From a bacterium (GTDB lineage Bacteria > UBA8248), in assembly GCA_965199855.1 (NCBI GenBank), contig OZ241326.1, forward strand, positions 1,568,001 to 1,632,000: DNA of 64,000 bases. Direction: 5' to 3'. Position numbers and translations under genes: made by a program. The notes beneath the pieces were generated by a model. That model was not told where the DNA came from, ran no database searches, and worked only from the letters and a program-made list of their open reading frames with translations. Within the stretch, counting starts at the first letter, position 1; the number at the start of each line of letters is the position of its first letter. This document shows positions 34,406 through 44,211 of this stretch, in pieces.

Positions 34406-35611
34406 TCAGCGGGAGGCCCGCTCGTACATTCCCGAAGCCGTCTGCCTGACCAGACCTTCCAGCTCGAGGCGAAGCAGGGCGGATGAGACCTCCTGCGCCG
34501 GCAGGCCGCGCTTTTGGGTGAGGCCCTCTATGGTTTCGTCTCCGTTCTCCAGCAGGCGCAGGAGCGCGCTCTCCTCGTCCGTGAGGTTCGGGGGCGGCGT
34601 CGCGCTCCGCTCCTCTGCTCCTCCGCGCGCCTCCTCGCCCCGCGCGGAGGCCGGGAATTCCCTTATCCGGATGCGCGCCGGCTCGGCCAGCGCGCTCCGG
34701 GCGTATTCGGGAAGGGCGGCGACCGCGTCCTCCGCGCTTTCCACCAGGTGCGCCCCCTGCCTGATCAGATGGTGGCAGCCGGCGCTCTTCCCGGTGTGGA
34801 CGGGCCCCGGCGCGGCCATCACCTCGCGCCCCTGCTCGAGCGCGAGCAGGGCGGTCAGGAGCGCGCCGCTTCGCTGGGCGGCCTCGACGACGATGGTCGC
34901 CAGCGCCAGACCGCTGATGAGGCGGTTTCTTCGGGGAAAATTCTCCCTGCGGGGGTGCGCCCGAAGATGGAACTCGGAGATTACGGCGCCGGAGGAGGCG
35001 ATTTCCCGCCGGAGCGCCCCGTGGTCCGCGGGATAGTTCTCGGCCAGGCCGCACCCGAGGACGGCGATGGTTCTGCCCCCGGCGTCGAGCGCCGCCCTGT
35101 GCGCCTCCGCGTCGATGCCGTAGGCCATGCCGCTGACGATGGCGATTCCCTTCGCGGCGAGCGCGCCCGCCAGCTCCCGCGCCATGCGCCTCCCGTAGTC
35201 CGTGGGACGCCGCATTCCCACGACGGCGACGGCGAGGCGATCCGCCTCCCGCATTTCGCCTTCGAGGAAGAGCGCCCCCGGCGGAGAATAAATGTCCCGC
35301 AGCGCTTCGGGGAACGCGGCGGAGTCCCGCGTGATGATTTCCGCGCCCAGCTTCGCCGCGTCCCGGCGGACTCGGGCGGCGAGGTCGGAGGGCGCGTCCT
35401 TCTCGATCGCCTCGCGGGCTTTTCGGCCGCAAAGACGCGCGAACGCATCGGGCGGGATAGCGAAGGCTTCCGTCGGGCAGGCGAAGGTCTCCGCCAGGCG
35501 ATGCAGGCGCTCGGGGGTCGCGCCCGGGAGCGTCTGGAGGACGAGCCAGGCGTCGGACGCGCTCAGGGCGCCCCGGCTTCGGGAGCGCATGATGGAGTTC
35601 CAGACGTTCAT
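34406..35611 (-). CDS. dprA: DNA-processing protein DprA
   Basis: VSGMAYGIDAEAH, FPRRNRLISGL, EAAQRSGAL. Confidence 0.95.
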   Translation of the reverse strand: MNVWNSIMRSRSRGALSASDAWLVLQTLPGATPERLHRLAETFACPTEAFAIPPDAFARLCGRKAREAIEKDAPSDLAARVRRDAAKLGAEIITRDSAAFPEALRDIYSPPGALFLEGEMREADRLAVAVVGMRRPTDYGRRMARELAGALAAKGIAIVSGMAYGIDAEAHRAALDAGGRTIAVLGCGLAENYPADHGALRREIASSGAVISEFHLRAHPRRENFPRRNRLISGLALATIVVEAAQRSGALLTALLALEQGREVMAAPGPVHTGKSAGCHHLIRQGAHLVESAEDAVAALPEYARSALAEPARIRIREFPASARGEEARGGAEERSATPPPNLTDEESALLRLLENGDETIEGLTQKRGLPAQEVSSALLRLELEGLVRQTASGMYERASR

Positions 35612-35717
35612 TCGATGCCTCCGGGCCGCGTCGGCCCTGAATCCATAGCACGGGGGGCGCGCTTCGTGTCAAGACGCGCAGGGGCCCGGGCGCGGGGGGA
35701 GGGCGCCGCGCTCTCCC

Positions 35718-36449
35718 TCATCGGGCGTCGAGCTTCCGCAGCTGCGCCCGCGCTCTTCGGGCCAGCGAGTGGCGGGGGAATTTTTTGATCAGCCTCTCGA
35801 ATTCGCGCCTCGCGTCGGGGGGGGAGTCGCGGCGAAGATGGGTGAGCGCCAGTTTGTAGTGGGCGTCCGGGGCCTTCCGGCTCCGGGGATACCTCGAGAT
35901 GACGTGCTGGAATTCGTCCAGCGCCGCCGCGTATTCCCTGAGATCGTAGTAGGCCTCCGCGAGCCAGTACTGGGAATTGGGCGCGAGCTGATTGTTCGGG
36001 AAGAGCTCCAGGAAGCGGCGGAACCCGACGATGGCCTCCTCGTTCTGCCCGTCCCTGACGGCGCGATACGCCTCGTTGTAGAGCCGCCGGGGCGTGGCGG
36101 ACGCCGACCGCCGGCCCTGGGGGGCGGGCGGGCGCCTCGCGCTCCTCGTCTCCCTCGGACGCGGGGGGGAGGAGAAATTCCCCTGCATGACCTTTTCCCG
36201 CTCCAGCCGCTCCAGGGCGGCCTGGAGGTCGCCGTTTTCCTTCTGCAGGGAGCGGATGTTCGCGGAGAGCGCCTCGACCCGCGCCTCGAGGCTCGCGCCT
36301 CGCTCCCTGGCGGCGGCCAGCTCGCTTTTGAGCGACGCGGCCTCCTTCTGCGCCGCCTCCCTGGAGGGGGGCCACACGTTGAGGCGCGGTGAATCGGCGC
36401 ACCCCGCCGCCGAGGCGGCCAAAGACAGCACGATCGCTTTTTTCCACAT
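35718..36449 (-). CDS. cpoB: Tol-Pal-associated YbgF/CpoB-like TPR lipoprotein
   Basis: Lipobox AAGC, coiled coil, LAPNSQYWLAE and KAPDAHYKL TPR motifs. Confidence 0.8.
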   Translation of the reverse strand: MWKKAIVLSLAASAAGCADSPRLNVWPPSREAAQKEAASLKSELAAARERGASLEARVEALSANIRSLQKENGDLQAALERLEREKVMQGNFSSPPRPRETRSARRPPAPQGRRSASATPRRLYNEAYRAVRDGQNEEAIVGFRRFLELFPNNQLAPNSQYWLAEAYYDLREYAAALDEFQHVISRYPRSRKAPDAHYKLALTHLRRDSPPDARREFERLIKKFPRHSLARRARAQLRKLDAR

Positions 36450-36481
36450 ATCGCTTGTCCTCGCGGGCGAGCGGCGCGCCG

Positions 36482-38077
36482 TCACAGCCGGACGACCTCG
36501 TATCCTTCCTGATGGAGTTCGGCGTCGCCCTTGATGACGAGCTGGATGCCGAGCGTCCTCTCGAGCTCCTCTACGTGCTTTCTTTCCTCGTCGAGGAGGA
36601 CGTCGACGACTTCGGGGTGAACGTTGACGAGGAATTTCGCCGCGTCCTTGTGGGCGTTTCTCATCCGGCGCACCTCCCGCATGGCCTCGTAGCTCACCGA
36701 TACGGCGGACTTCACCTGTCCGCGCCCCTCGCAGTAGGGGCAGGAGCCGCAGAGCGTTCTCTGGATGCTGTCCCGGACGCGCTTTCGGGTCATCTCGACG
36801 AGCCCCAGGTCGCTTATCTTCAGGATGTTGGTGCGCGAGCGATCTTTTCCGAGCTCCTCCTTGAAGGCGTTGAACACCTTCTCCCTGTTCGCCTGCTTCT
36901 CCATGTCGATGAAGTCGACGATGATGATTCCGCCCAGGTTGCGAAGGCGCAGCTGGGCGACGATTTCCCGCACCGCCTCCTGGTTGGTCTGGAGGATGGT
37001 CTCCTCCGGGTTTCTCTTGCCGACGAAGCGTCCGGTGTTGACGTCGACCGTCGTGAGCGCCTCGGTCTGATCGATGACGATGTAGCCGCCGCTGCGGAGC
37101 CACACGCGCTGCCCGAGGGCGCGCTCGATCTCGAGCTCGACGCCGAAATGGTCGAATATCGGCTCCGCGCCGTCGTAGCGCCGCAGTTTGGGGATCAGGT
37201 GCGGGTAGTAGTTTTTGAGGAACTGCCTGGTCTTCTCGTATTGCTCCCTGCTGTCGATGACCATTCTGTCAACGCTGGAGTTGAACAGATCCCTCACGGT
37301 TCGCTCGATGATGTTCAGGTTCAGATGAATCCGCGACGGCGCGGGAGCCGTCTCGTTTCTCGCCAGAATGTCCTCCCAGAGGGCGTGGAGGAAGTTGACG
37401 TTGGCCTCGATGTCCCGGGCGGGCATGGTCTCGCTCGCCGTGCGGACGATGTACCCCGCGCCCGGCTGGCGGTTCTTGCGCACGAGCTTCTTGAGCCTCT
37501 TGCGCTCCTCTTCGTTCTCGATGCGCCTGCTGATGCCTATCTGCCTGATCGTCGGCATATAGACGACGTAGCGGCCGGGCAGGGTGACGTAGCTCGTCAG
37601 CCTCGATCCCTTGGTGCCCAGCGGCTCCTTGCTGACCTGAACGATGACGTCCTGGCCGTCCTTGAGCATGTCCTGGATGTGGCGATCCTTCTCCCCGCGC
37701 CGGGGGCGCCTTCCGGCGGTGCCTCGCTGCGAGCCGTTCTCTCTCTCGTCGCCGTTGTCGCTCTCGTCCCCGTTCGCGTCGAAGTCGAGGTCGTCCTCCT
37801 CGCCGTCCGCCTGCTCGGCGGCGAGCTTCCGGTAATTCTCGATGGACTCGATGGTGTGCACGTCGCTCACGTAGAGGAAGCCCGCCTTCTCCAGCCCGAT
37901 GTCCACGAACGCCGCCTGCATTCCCGGCAGCACCTTCGTCACTTTCCCCTTGTAGACGTTGCCGACGATGCTCTTCCCGCTCTCGCGCTCGATATACAGC
38001 TCGGCCGCCACGCCGTTCTCAAGCAGGGCGACGCGCGTCTCGAACGTCTCGGCGTTGACGACGATTTCAGACGGCAT
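36482..38077 (-). CDS. rng: Ribonuclease G/E family
   Basis: GNVYKGKV, PGMQAAFVDIG, DVNTG, LRNLGGIIIVDFIDM, CPYC; no long C-terminal scaffold. Confidence 0.93.
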   Translation of the reverse strand: MPSEIVVNAETFETRVALLENGVAAELYIERESGKSIVGNVYKGKVTKVLPGMQAAFVDIGLEKAGFLYVSDVHTIESIENYRKLAAEQADGEEDDLDFDANGDESDNGDERENGSQRGTAGRRPRRGEKDRHIQDMLKDGQDVIVQVSKEPLGTKGSRLTSYVTLPGRYVVYMPTIRQIGISRRIENEEERKRLKKLVRKNRQPGAGYIVRTASETMPARDIEANVNFLHALWEDILARNETAPAPSRIHLNLNIIERTVRDLFNSSVDRMVIDSREQYEKTRQFLKNYYPHLIPKLRRYDGAEPIFDHFGVELEIERALGQRVWLRSGGYIVIDQTEALTTVDVNTGRFVGKRNPEETILQTNQEAVREIVAQLRLRNLGGIIIVDFIDMEKQANREKVFNAFKEELGKDRSRTNILKISDLGLVEMTRKRVRDSIQRTLCGSCPYCEGRGQVKSAVSVSYEAMREVRRMRNAHKDAAKFLVNVHPEVVDVLLDEERKHVEELERTLGIQLVIKGDAELHQEGYEVVRL

Positions 38078-40877
38078 TTCGGGCCGCGCGGGAAGCTCCC
38101 GCCCTCCATTGAACGGCGATTTTGCGGATGCGGGTCCTCAGGCATCCCTCGGGAGACAGCCCGAAGCATCTGGCGAGCAGTTCCGTCACCTTCGGCTTCG
38201 CGCCCTCCCCGCAGCGCAGGGCGAGCTCCAGGCGAACGAGGGCGTCCGTTGACGGCTTCATCGAGAAGCCGGCGATGGCCGGGCGCGCGTCGAAGCGCCT
38301 GAGCTTCCCCTTGCGCTCGCGGGACATTTCAATCGCTTTCTCGCTCATCAAATCCCGGATGGCGGCCTCGATTCGCGCGTCGGACGCTCCCGCCGCCCCG
38401 AGATCCGCGCGCGGGATGGAGACCTCGTAGGTCGCCGCGCTCAGCGCGTTGGCGGAGGAGGGCGCCTTGCCCTCGAGCCGCCACCCCGCGCGGGGCTTGA
38501 GGCCCTCGGGGAGCTCTCTCTTCAGGCTTTTGAACAGGTCGCCCACCCGAATGCGCCCGCCGATCTCGAGAAGCGAGAGATCCACCACCTCCGCCCGGCT
38601 CTCCACGCCGACGGGAAGCGCGTGGGAGAAAACGATTTTCGGGTGCGGGTTGAAGCCCCGGGAATGCTCGAGGCGCCAGCCCGCGCGCTGAATCGCGCGG
38701 ATGAACGTCCTCAGAATCTCGAGATGGCTCAAAAAGCGGAGGTCGCCGGACTTCTCGTAGATGAGGCGGAATTTGCGCGCGGGCGCGTCCGGCCGCGCCT
38801 CGGCGAGGCCGGGGTTGTCCTCGCCCGCGTCCTCGAAGCCCACCGGAACGGGGCCGGACTCCCGGGCGGGGCTTTTGCGCCGCCTCCGGCTCCGCTGATC
38901 CCTGGCGATGGCGAGCTCCACCGGCTCGGCGGGGGCGGCGTCCCGGCCGGGCGGCAGATCCGCCGCGCGCGGCGCGCCCTCCGCCCGCCCCGGCCCGCTC
39001 ACGAGGGGCAGGGAGGGGCCGGCCGCCGGGGGCATGGGCTTTTCGTAGTGGTATTTGATGCCCCTGTATTTGTCCAGAATGCCGCATTGGCCGCAGGCCT
39101 CGTAGCGGCAGTCGCCGATGGTGACCTCGCGCAGGGCGCGCTTCCAGTCGGCGAGCTGGTATTCCTTGGTCACCCCGCAGTCGAGGTGATCCCAGGGCAG
39201 AGGCTCTTCTTCGGGTATTTCGCGGTAGGCGTACCACTCCGGGTCGAGCGCGTGGGCCTCGAAGGCGGCCATCCATTTGTCGTAGTCGAAGAACTCCATC
39301 CAGCCGTCGAATTTGCAGCCCATGTCCACCGCCGTCTCGATGACGTCCGCCTGGCGGCGGTCGCCCTTCGAGAGGACGGCCTCGAGGAAGCTGTGCCGCG
39401 GGTTCGACCAGCGCAGCCTGATGCGGCGATCCGTCGCCGCGCGCCTGATGAAGTCGAGCTTCTCGCTGATTTCCTCCTTCGCGTTCTGGGGAAACCACTG
39501 GAACGGCGTGTGCGGCTTCGGCACGAAGGTGGAGAGGCTGACGTTGAGGAACCGGAACGGCTCGCCCGTCTCCCGCGAGCGCATCCTCACGCAGGCCATG
39601 AGCATGTCCGCCATTTCCCGCAGGTCCTCGAAGGTCTCGGTGGGAAGGCCGAGCATGAAGTAGAATTTCACGCCCGGCCAGCCGGCGTCGAGAATGTCCT
39701 GGAGGTTCCGCCTGAGGTCCGCCTCGGTCAGCACCTTGTTGATGACGTTGCGCAGGCGCTCGCTGCCCGCCTCGGGCACCAGGGTGAAGCCCGTGCGGCG
39801 CGCGCGCGCGATTTGCGCCAGCAGATCCGGACTCATCGCGCCGACGCGGAGCGAGGGCAGGGAGATGGAGGTGTGCATGGGGGCGAGGCGCTCCATCATG
39901 CGGGGAACGAGTCCCTTCAGGGGCTGGTAGTCGGCGATGCAGAGCGAGGAGAGGCTGATTTCCTCATAGCCCGTTTCCCGGAGCGACTCCTCGGCGAGTT
40001 CGAGGACCTTGAGCGGATCCCGATCCCGCACGGGGCGATAGACCATGCCCGCGTGGCAGAAGCGGCAGCCTCTCGTGCACCCGCGCTGCACCTCGAGCGT
40101 CACCCGGTCGTGCACCACCTGGGCGTAGGGAACGATGGGCCGCGTGGGATGGGGCGAGTCGTTCAGGTCCTCTAGGACGCGCGCCAGCACGGGCCTCCCG
40201 TGGCCGCTGACGTGGCGAAACCCCTTCACCTCGCCGCCCGGGGCGTGTTCGACCGCGTAGCGGCCCGGAACATAGACGCCCTCGATTTCCTCCAGCGCGT
40301 CGAGCAGCGCCTCCCGCGGGGCGCCGCCCCTTCGCCATTCCTCGTGCGCCCGGACGACCTCGGGGAAGAGCGCCTCCCCGTCCCCCAGGGCTACGGCGTC
40401 GAAGAAGGGCGCCATCGGCTCCACGTTGAACGTCACGGGGCCGCCCGCGATGACGAGCGGGTCCTCCCGGCGCCTTCGCGCGGCGCGCCTGGGGATGCCT
40501 GCCAGATCGAGCAGGAGGACGACGTTGCTCGCGGCGAGCTCGTAGAGGAGCGATACGCCCAGAATGTGGAACTCCCGGACGGGCGTCCGGCTCTCCAGGG
40601 TGGCGAGCGGCGCGCCCCTGCCTCTCAGGATGGCCTCGAAGTCGCTCCAGGGGAGAAAGACGCGCTCGGCGGCCGTCTCCGCGTCCTCGTTCAGGAGGTG
40701 ATAGAGGATGCGGATGCCGTTGTGCGACATGCCGACTTCGTAGGTGTCCGGGAAGGCGAGGGCGACGCGGTTCCTGACCTTCGCGAGATCCTTGCGGATC
40801 GCGTTGACCTCGTTTCCCAGATAGCGCGAGGGCTTCTCGACGAAGGGAAGCACGTCCCGCGCGTAGTCCAGATTCAT
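38067..40877 (-). CDS. TIGR03960-like B12-binding radical SAM protein fused to a DUF2344-like C-terminal domain
   Basis: FPDTYEVGMS, CTRGCRFC, FVPKPHTPFQW; C-terminal FLSHLE...GFNPHPK; rodA-rng neighbourhood. Confidence 0.88.
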   Translation of the reverse strand: MNLDYARDVLPFVEKPSRYLGNEVNAIRKDLAKVRNRVALAFPDTYEVGMSHNGIRILYHLLNEDAETAAERVFLPWSDFEAILRGRGAPLATLESRTPVREFHILGVSLLYELAASNVVLLLDLAGIPRRAARRRREDPLVIAGGPVTFNVEPMAPFFDAVALGDGEALFPEVVRAHEEWRRGGAPREALLDALEEIEGVYVPGRYAVEHAPGGEVKGFRHVSGHGRPVLARVLEDLNDSPHPTRPIVPYAQVVHDRVTLEVQRGCTRGCRFCHAGMVYRPVRDRDPLKVLELAEESLRETGYEEISLSSLCIADYQPLKGLVPRMMERLAPMHTSISLPSLRVGAMSPDLLAQIARARRTGFTLVPEAGSERLRNVINKVLTEADLRRNLQDILDAGWPGVKFYFMLGLPTETFEDLREMADMLMACVRMRSRETGEPFRFLNVSLSTFVPKPHTPFQWFPQNAKEEISEKLDFIRRAATDRRIRLRWSNPRHSFLEAVLSKGDRRQADVIETAVDMGCKFDGWMEFFDYDKWMAAFEAHALDPEWYAYREIPEEEPLPWDHLDCGVTKEYQLADWKRALREVTIGDCRYEACGQCGILDKYRGIKYHYEKPMPPAAGPSLPLVSGPGRAEGAPRAADLPPGRDAAPAEPVELAIARDQRSRRRRKSPARESGPVPVGFEDAGEDNPGLAEARPDAPARKFRLIYEKSGDLRFLSHLEILRTFIRAIQRAGWRLEHSRGFNPHPKIVFSHALPVGVESRAEVVDLSLLEIGGRIRVGDLFKSLKRELPEGLKPRAGWRLEGKAPSSANALSAATYEVSIPRADLGAAGASDARIEAAIRDLMSEKAIEMSRERKGKLRRFDARPAIAGFSMKPSTDALVRLELALRCGEGAKPKVTELLARCFGLSPEGCLRTRIRKIAVQWRAGASRAARNAV

Positions 40878-41142
40878 CGCTGTCAACCCGTTGAGCCTCT
40901 CGCCATCGAGAGGGGCGATATGCGCGTTCTCTCCGCTCGGACCCGCGCCCTGGCGGGCGCGCCCGGGCGAACTTCGCCCATCATAATGAAGGATGCGGAG
41001 AGAATTGGCAACCGTAGCGCATCGGGGCGGACGCCTCGTCCGCGTCGCCGCCCGGACGCGCCGGGGGGAGGGGGGGCTTTTCGGGCGTTCGGAGAGGTTC
41101 CGCGCGCGCCGCGAAAGGGGTGGATGAACGTCTGCGAATTTC

Positions 41143-41346
41143 GACAAAATCAGACAAATTCACGGCCTTATCCTGCAAATACGCAGCTGTTTTCCACCCT
41201 TTTTCCACCCTTTTGACGCCCCCTTTTCTTCTCCGGTTCGCCCGCCTTCTCTCCCCCCGCGGGCGCATCTCTCCCGCGTCAGGAATGTATCGTAGGCTTG
41301 GCCCTTTCCGGTAGCCGCAAATGCGGGCAGATGCGGGCAAACGCGC
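41143..41346. repeat. Three sets of 10-11 bp tandem direct repeats
   Basis: GACAAAATCA/GACAAATTCA (41143-41162); TTTTCCACCCT x2 (41190-41211); GCAAATGCGG/GCAGATGCGG/GCAAACGCGC (41317-41346). Confidence 0.7.
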
Positions 41347-41598
41347 GCGAGGCTCGTTTTGGAGCGTTGAAAAGGCGCGATTTTTCGGCGAAAAGCCTCT
41401 TCTTCGGGACGATCCACCGCCCCGGGCGGCGCCCGAACCGTGGGCCCGCCCCGGTTTTCAGGGGAAATCCCCGTTCTCCGAGCCGGGGAGGGGAGCCTTT
41501 CGCGCGCGCAAGATGTATCATCAGCCCGCGTTTTCACCGTTTCGCGTATGATTTCGCCGGATTCCCGGGCGTTTTTCCCGATTCGAGGAGCCTCGCCG

Positions 41599-43143
41599 AT
41601 GGAGCCGATGAATTTCCTGCTGCTGATGGACGACGAGCACAGCCAGAAGGCGCTGGGCTGCTACGGCCATCCCCTCGTCAGGACGCCGAACATAGACGCG
41701 CTGGCGGCGTCGGGCGTCCGGTTCGAGAACGCCTATACGAACTGCCCCATCTGCGTGCCGGCGCGCGCGAGCTTCGCCACGGGCAGATACGTCCATGAAA
41801 TCGGCGCCTGGGACAACGCGCACCCCTACGAGGGAGAGCCGCCGGGCTGGTGTCATCGCCTGCAGGAAAACGGGATGCGGACGACCTCGGTCGGCAAGCT
41901 TCACTACCGGAGCGCCGACTGCCCCGTCGGCTTCGATGAGCAGATCATCCCCCTGCATCTCCCCAAAGGGGGGCTGGGCGACATTTTCAGCGCCGTGCGC
42001 GACGAGAAGGGGCTGCCGCCCAGGAACAACCCCGAGTGGATGGCCGAGCGCATCGGGCCGGGAGAATCCAAATACATCGCGTATGACGCGCAAGTCACGG
42101 AGCTCGCGCGCGAATGGCTCCTCCATGAAGCGCCCAAATGCGCCGGGCGCCCCTGGGCGCTGTTCGTCTCCCTCACGTGTCCGCATTTTCCCTTCATCGC
42201 GCCGCCCGAATTCTACGGCCTCTACCCCCTGGAGGACGTGCCGCTCCCGAAGCCCCACCCCTCGGGCGGCCGGGGCTGGCATCCCTGGATCGCCGCGCTT
42301 CACGAATGCGCCCCCTACGACGTCTATTTCGACGATCACAGCCGCCGCGTGGCGCTGGCCTCCTATTTCGGCATGATCAGCTACGTGGACTCGAACGTCG
42401 GCGGGATTCTGAACGCCCTGGAGGAGTCCGGCTTCGCCGAAAGCACGCGGGTGCTCTTCGCCAGCGACCATGGAGACAATCTGGGCGAGCGCGGACTTTG
42501 GGGGAAATCCACCATGTATGAGGAATCGGTCGCCGTGCCGCTCATCCTCTCCGGCCCGGACGTTCCGGGCGGCAGGGTGTGCCGGACGCCCGTCTCGCTC
42601 GTCGATCTGCATCCGACGGCGCTCGACGGCGCGGGTCTCCTGACGAGCGGCGAGGAGGAGCGGCTGCGCGGCGGCTCGCTGTTCCGGATCGCGAGCGAGC
42701 CGGATGACCCCGAGCGCGAGATTTTCAGCGAGTTCCACGCGCTCGGCGCCAAGACGGGATTGTTCATGCTTCGCCGCGGGCGCTACAAGTATATCCACTA
42801 CGTGGGGCACGCCCCCGAGCTGTTCGACCTGGAGGAGGACCCCGAAGAGCGGCGGGATCTTTCCCGAAGCCCCGCGCATCAATCCGTTCTGGCGGCGCTC
42901 GAGGCGCGCCTTCGGCGCGTCGTCGATCCCGAAGAGGCGGATCGGCGCGCCAAGGCGGATCAGGCGGCGCTCGTCGAGCGGCACGGCGGGCGCGAGGCCG
43001 TCATCGCCATCGGCAACAGCTTCGCGTCTCCGCCCCCGGGAGAGAAGGAATACGGGGAGGAGGAAAGGCTAGACGAACCGGGAGACGGCGCTTCGCCTTC
43101 GCATCCCCACGTTCAGGACCAGGGCGACGGCGACGAAGGATGA
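41599..43143 (+). CDS. Formylglycine-dependent sulfatase (choline-sulfatase-like)
   Basis: DDEH, CVPAR (CxPxR), GKLH, PHFP, SDHGD, WGKSTMYEES; GAGGAG RBS; no signal peptide. Confidence 0.92.
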   Translation: MEPMNFLLLMDDEHSQKALGCYGHPLVRTPNIDALAASGVRFENAYTNCPICVPARASFATGRYVHEIGAWDNAHPYEGEPPGWCHRLQENGMRTTSVGKLHYRSADCPVGFDEQIIPLHLPKGGLGDIFSAVRDEKGLPPRNNPEWMAERIGPGESKYIAYDAQVTELAREWLLHEAPKCAGRPWALFVSLTCPHFPFIAPPEFYGLYPLEDVPLPKPHPSGGRGWHPWIAALHECAPYDVYFDDHSRRVALASYFGMISYVDSNVGGILNALEESGFAESTRVLFASDHGDNLGERGLWGKSTMYEESVAVPLILSGPDVPGGRVCRTPVSLVDLHPTALDGAGLLTSGEEERLRGGSLFRIASEPDDPEREIFSEFHALGAKTGLFMLRRGRYKYIHYVGHAPELFDLEEDPEERRDLSRSPAHQSVLAALEARLRRVVDPEEADRRAKADQAALVERHGGREAVIAIGNSFASPPPGEKEYGEEERLDEPGDGASPSHPHVQDQGDGDEG

Positions 43144-44211
43144 GACGGCGGCGCTCCCCCCGTAGCTGACCAGGGGAAGCGGAATTCCGACGATGGGCAT
43201 CAGACCCAGCGTCATTCCGACGTTGAAGACGACGTAGAGGAAGAACGCCGTGGCGACGCCTACGGCGAGAAGCGCGCCTTCCTTGTCGGCGGCGCTCAGC
43301 GCCGCGCCGACGCACCTCAGAATAAAAATGAAGAACAGCGCCAGAACGAGGGTGCCGCCGAGAAAGCCCAGCTCCTCGCTCAGCACGGAGAAGATGAAGT
43401 CCGTATGCTTCTCGGGCAGGAAGTGAAGCCTGCTCTGGGTTCCCTGGAGAAGCCCCTTGCCCCAGATCTCCCCGCTGCCGACCGCGATGATGCTCTGAAT
43501 GCTCTGGTATCCCGCCCCGAGAGGGTCGGCGCCGGGGTCGAGAAGCGTCAGGATGCGGCGGCGCTGATATTCCTTGAGAAAAAGCCAGGCGAGGGGAGCG
43601 CAGGCGATCGCCGCGCCGCCGATGGTGAAAATGACTCTTTTCCGGACGCCGGCGGCGAGGAACATGGCGCCCGCTATCAGCAGAACGGTGAGGCCGGTGC
43701 CCAGGTCGGGCTGGCGCATGATGAGTAGCGCGGGCGCGAGGGCGAGGGCGAGCGGCGGCAGAAGCTCCCTGAAGCCCATGGGCTTCGCCTCCTCCCGGGG
43801 GCCGAAATACCTCGCCAGCGCGAGAATGACCGCCAGACGCGCGAACTCGGAGGGCTGCAGGCGGACGGGGCCGAGGGCGAGCCATCGCTTCGAGCCGGAA
43901 ACCGTCTGCCCCGAGACGAGGACGGCGATGAGCAGGACGATGAGGAGGGCGTAGAAAAAATACGACCATCGCGTAAAGACGTGATAGTCGAAAAAGAGAG
44001 TGCAGACCAGAGCGCCCAGCCCGATGGACGCCCACAGCGCCTGCTTCATGTGCAGGGAGTTTTTCAGGAAGACGGGGTTGGAGTGAATCGCGCTGTAAAT
44101 CAGAAAAACGCCCGTCAGGCTGAGCAGGAGGGTGGTGAGAACGAGCAGCCAATCCAGCCGGGAGAGGGTGCGCCGGAAGCTGGACGGAAGAGAGGAGGTG
44201 ATGTCGTTCAT
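43069..44211 (-). CDS. rodA: Rod shape-determining protein RodA
   Basis: QPSEF, QPDLGT, FLPEKHTDFIF, PLPLVSYGGS. Confidence 0.96.
   Translation of the reverse strand: MNDITSSLPSSFRRTLSRLDWLLVLTTLLLSLTGVFLIYSAIHSNPVFLKNSLHMKQALWASIGLGALVCTLFFDYHVFTRWSYFFYALLIVLLIAVLVSGQTVSGSKRWLALGPVRLQPSEFARLAVILALARYFGPREEAKPMGFRELLPPLALALAPALLIMRQPDLGTGLTVLLIAGAMFLAAGVRKRVIFTIGGAAIACAPLAWLFLKEYQRRRILTLLDPGADPLGAGYQSIQSIIAVGSGEIWGKGLLQGTQSRLHFLPEKHTDFIFSVLSEELGFLGGTLVLALFFIFILRCVGAALSAADKEGALLAVGVATAFFLYVVFNVGMTLGLMPIVGIPLPLVSYGGSAAVSSFVAVALVLNVGMRRRSAVSRFV

Noticed and set aside
41143-41346. CRISPR array or oriC
   Set aside because: The repeats are too short and lack spacers. There are only two imperfect DnaA-like boxes, no clear unwinding element and no dnaA nearby.
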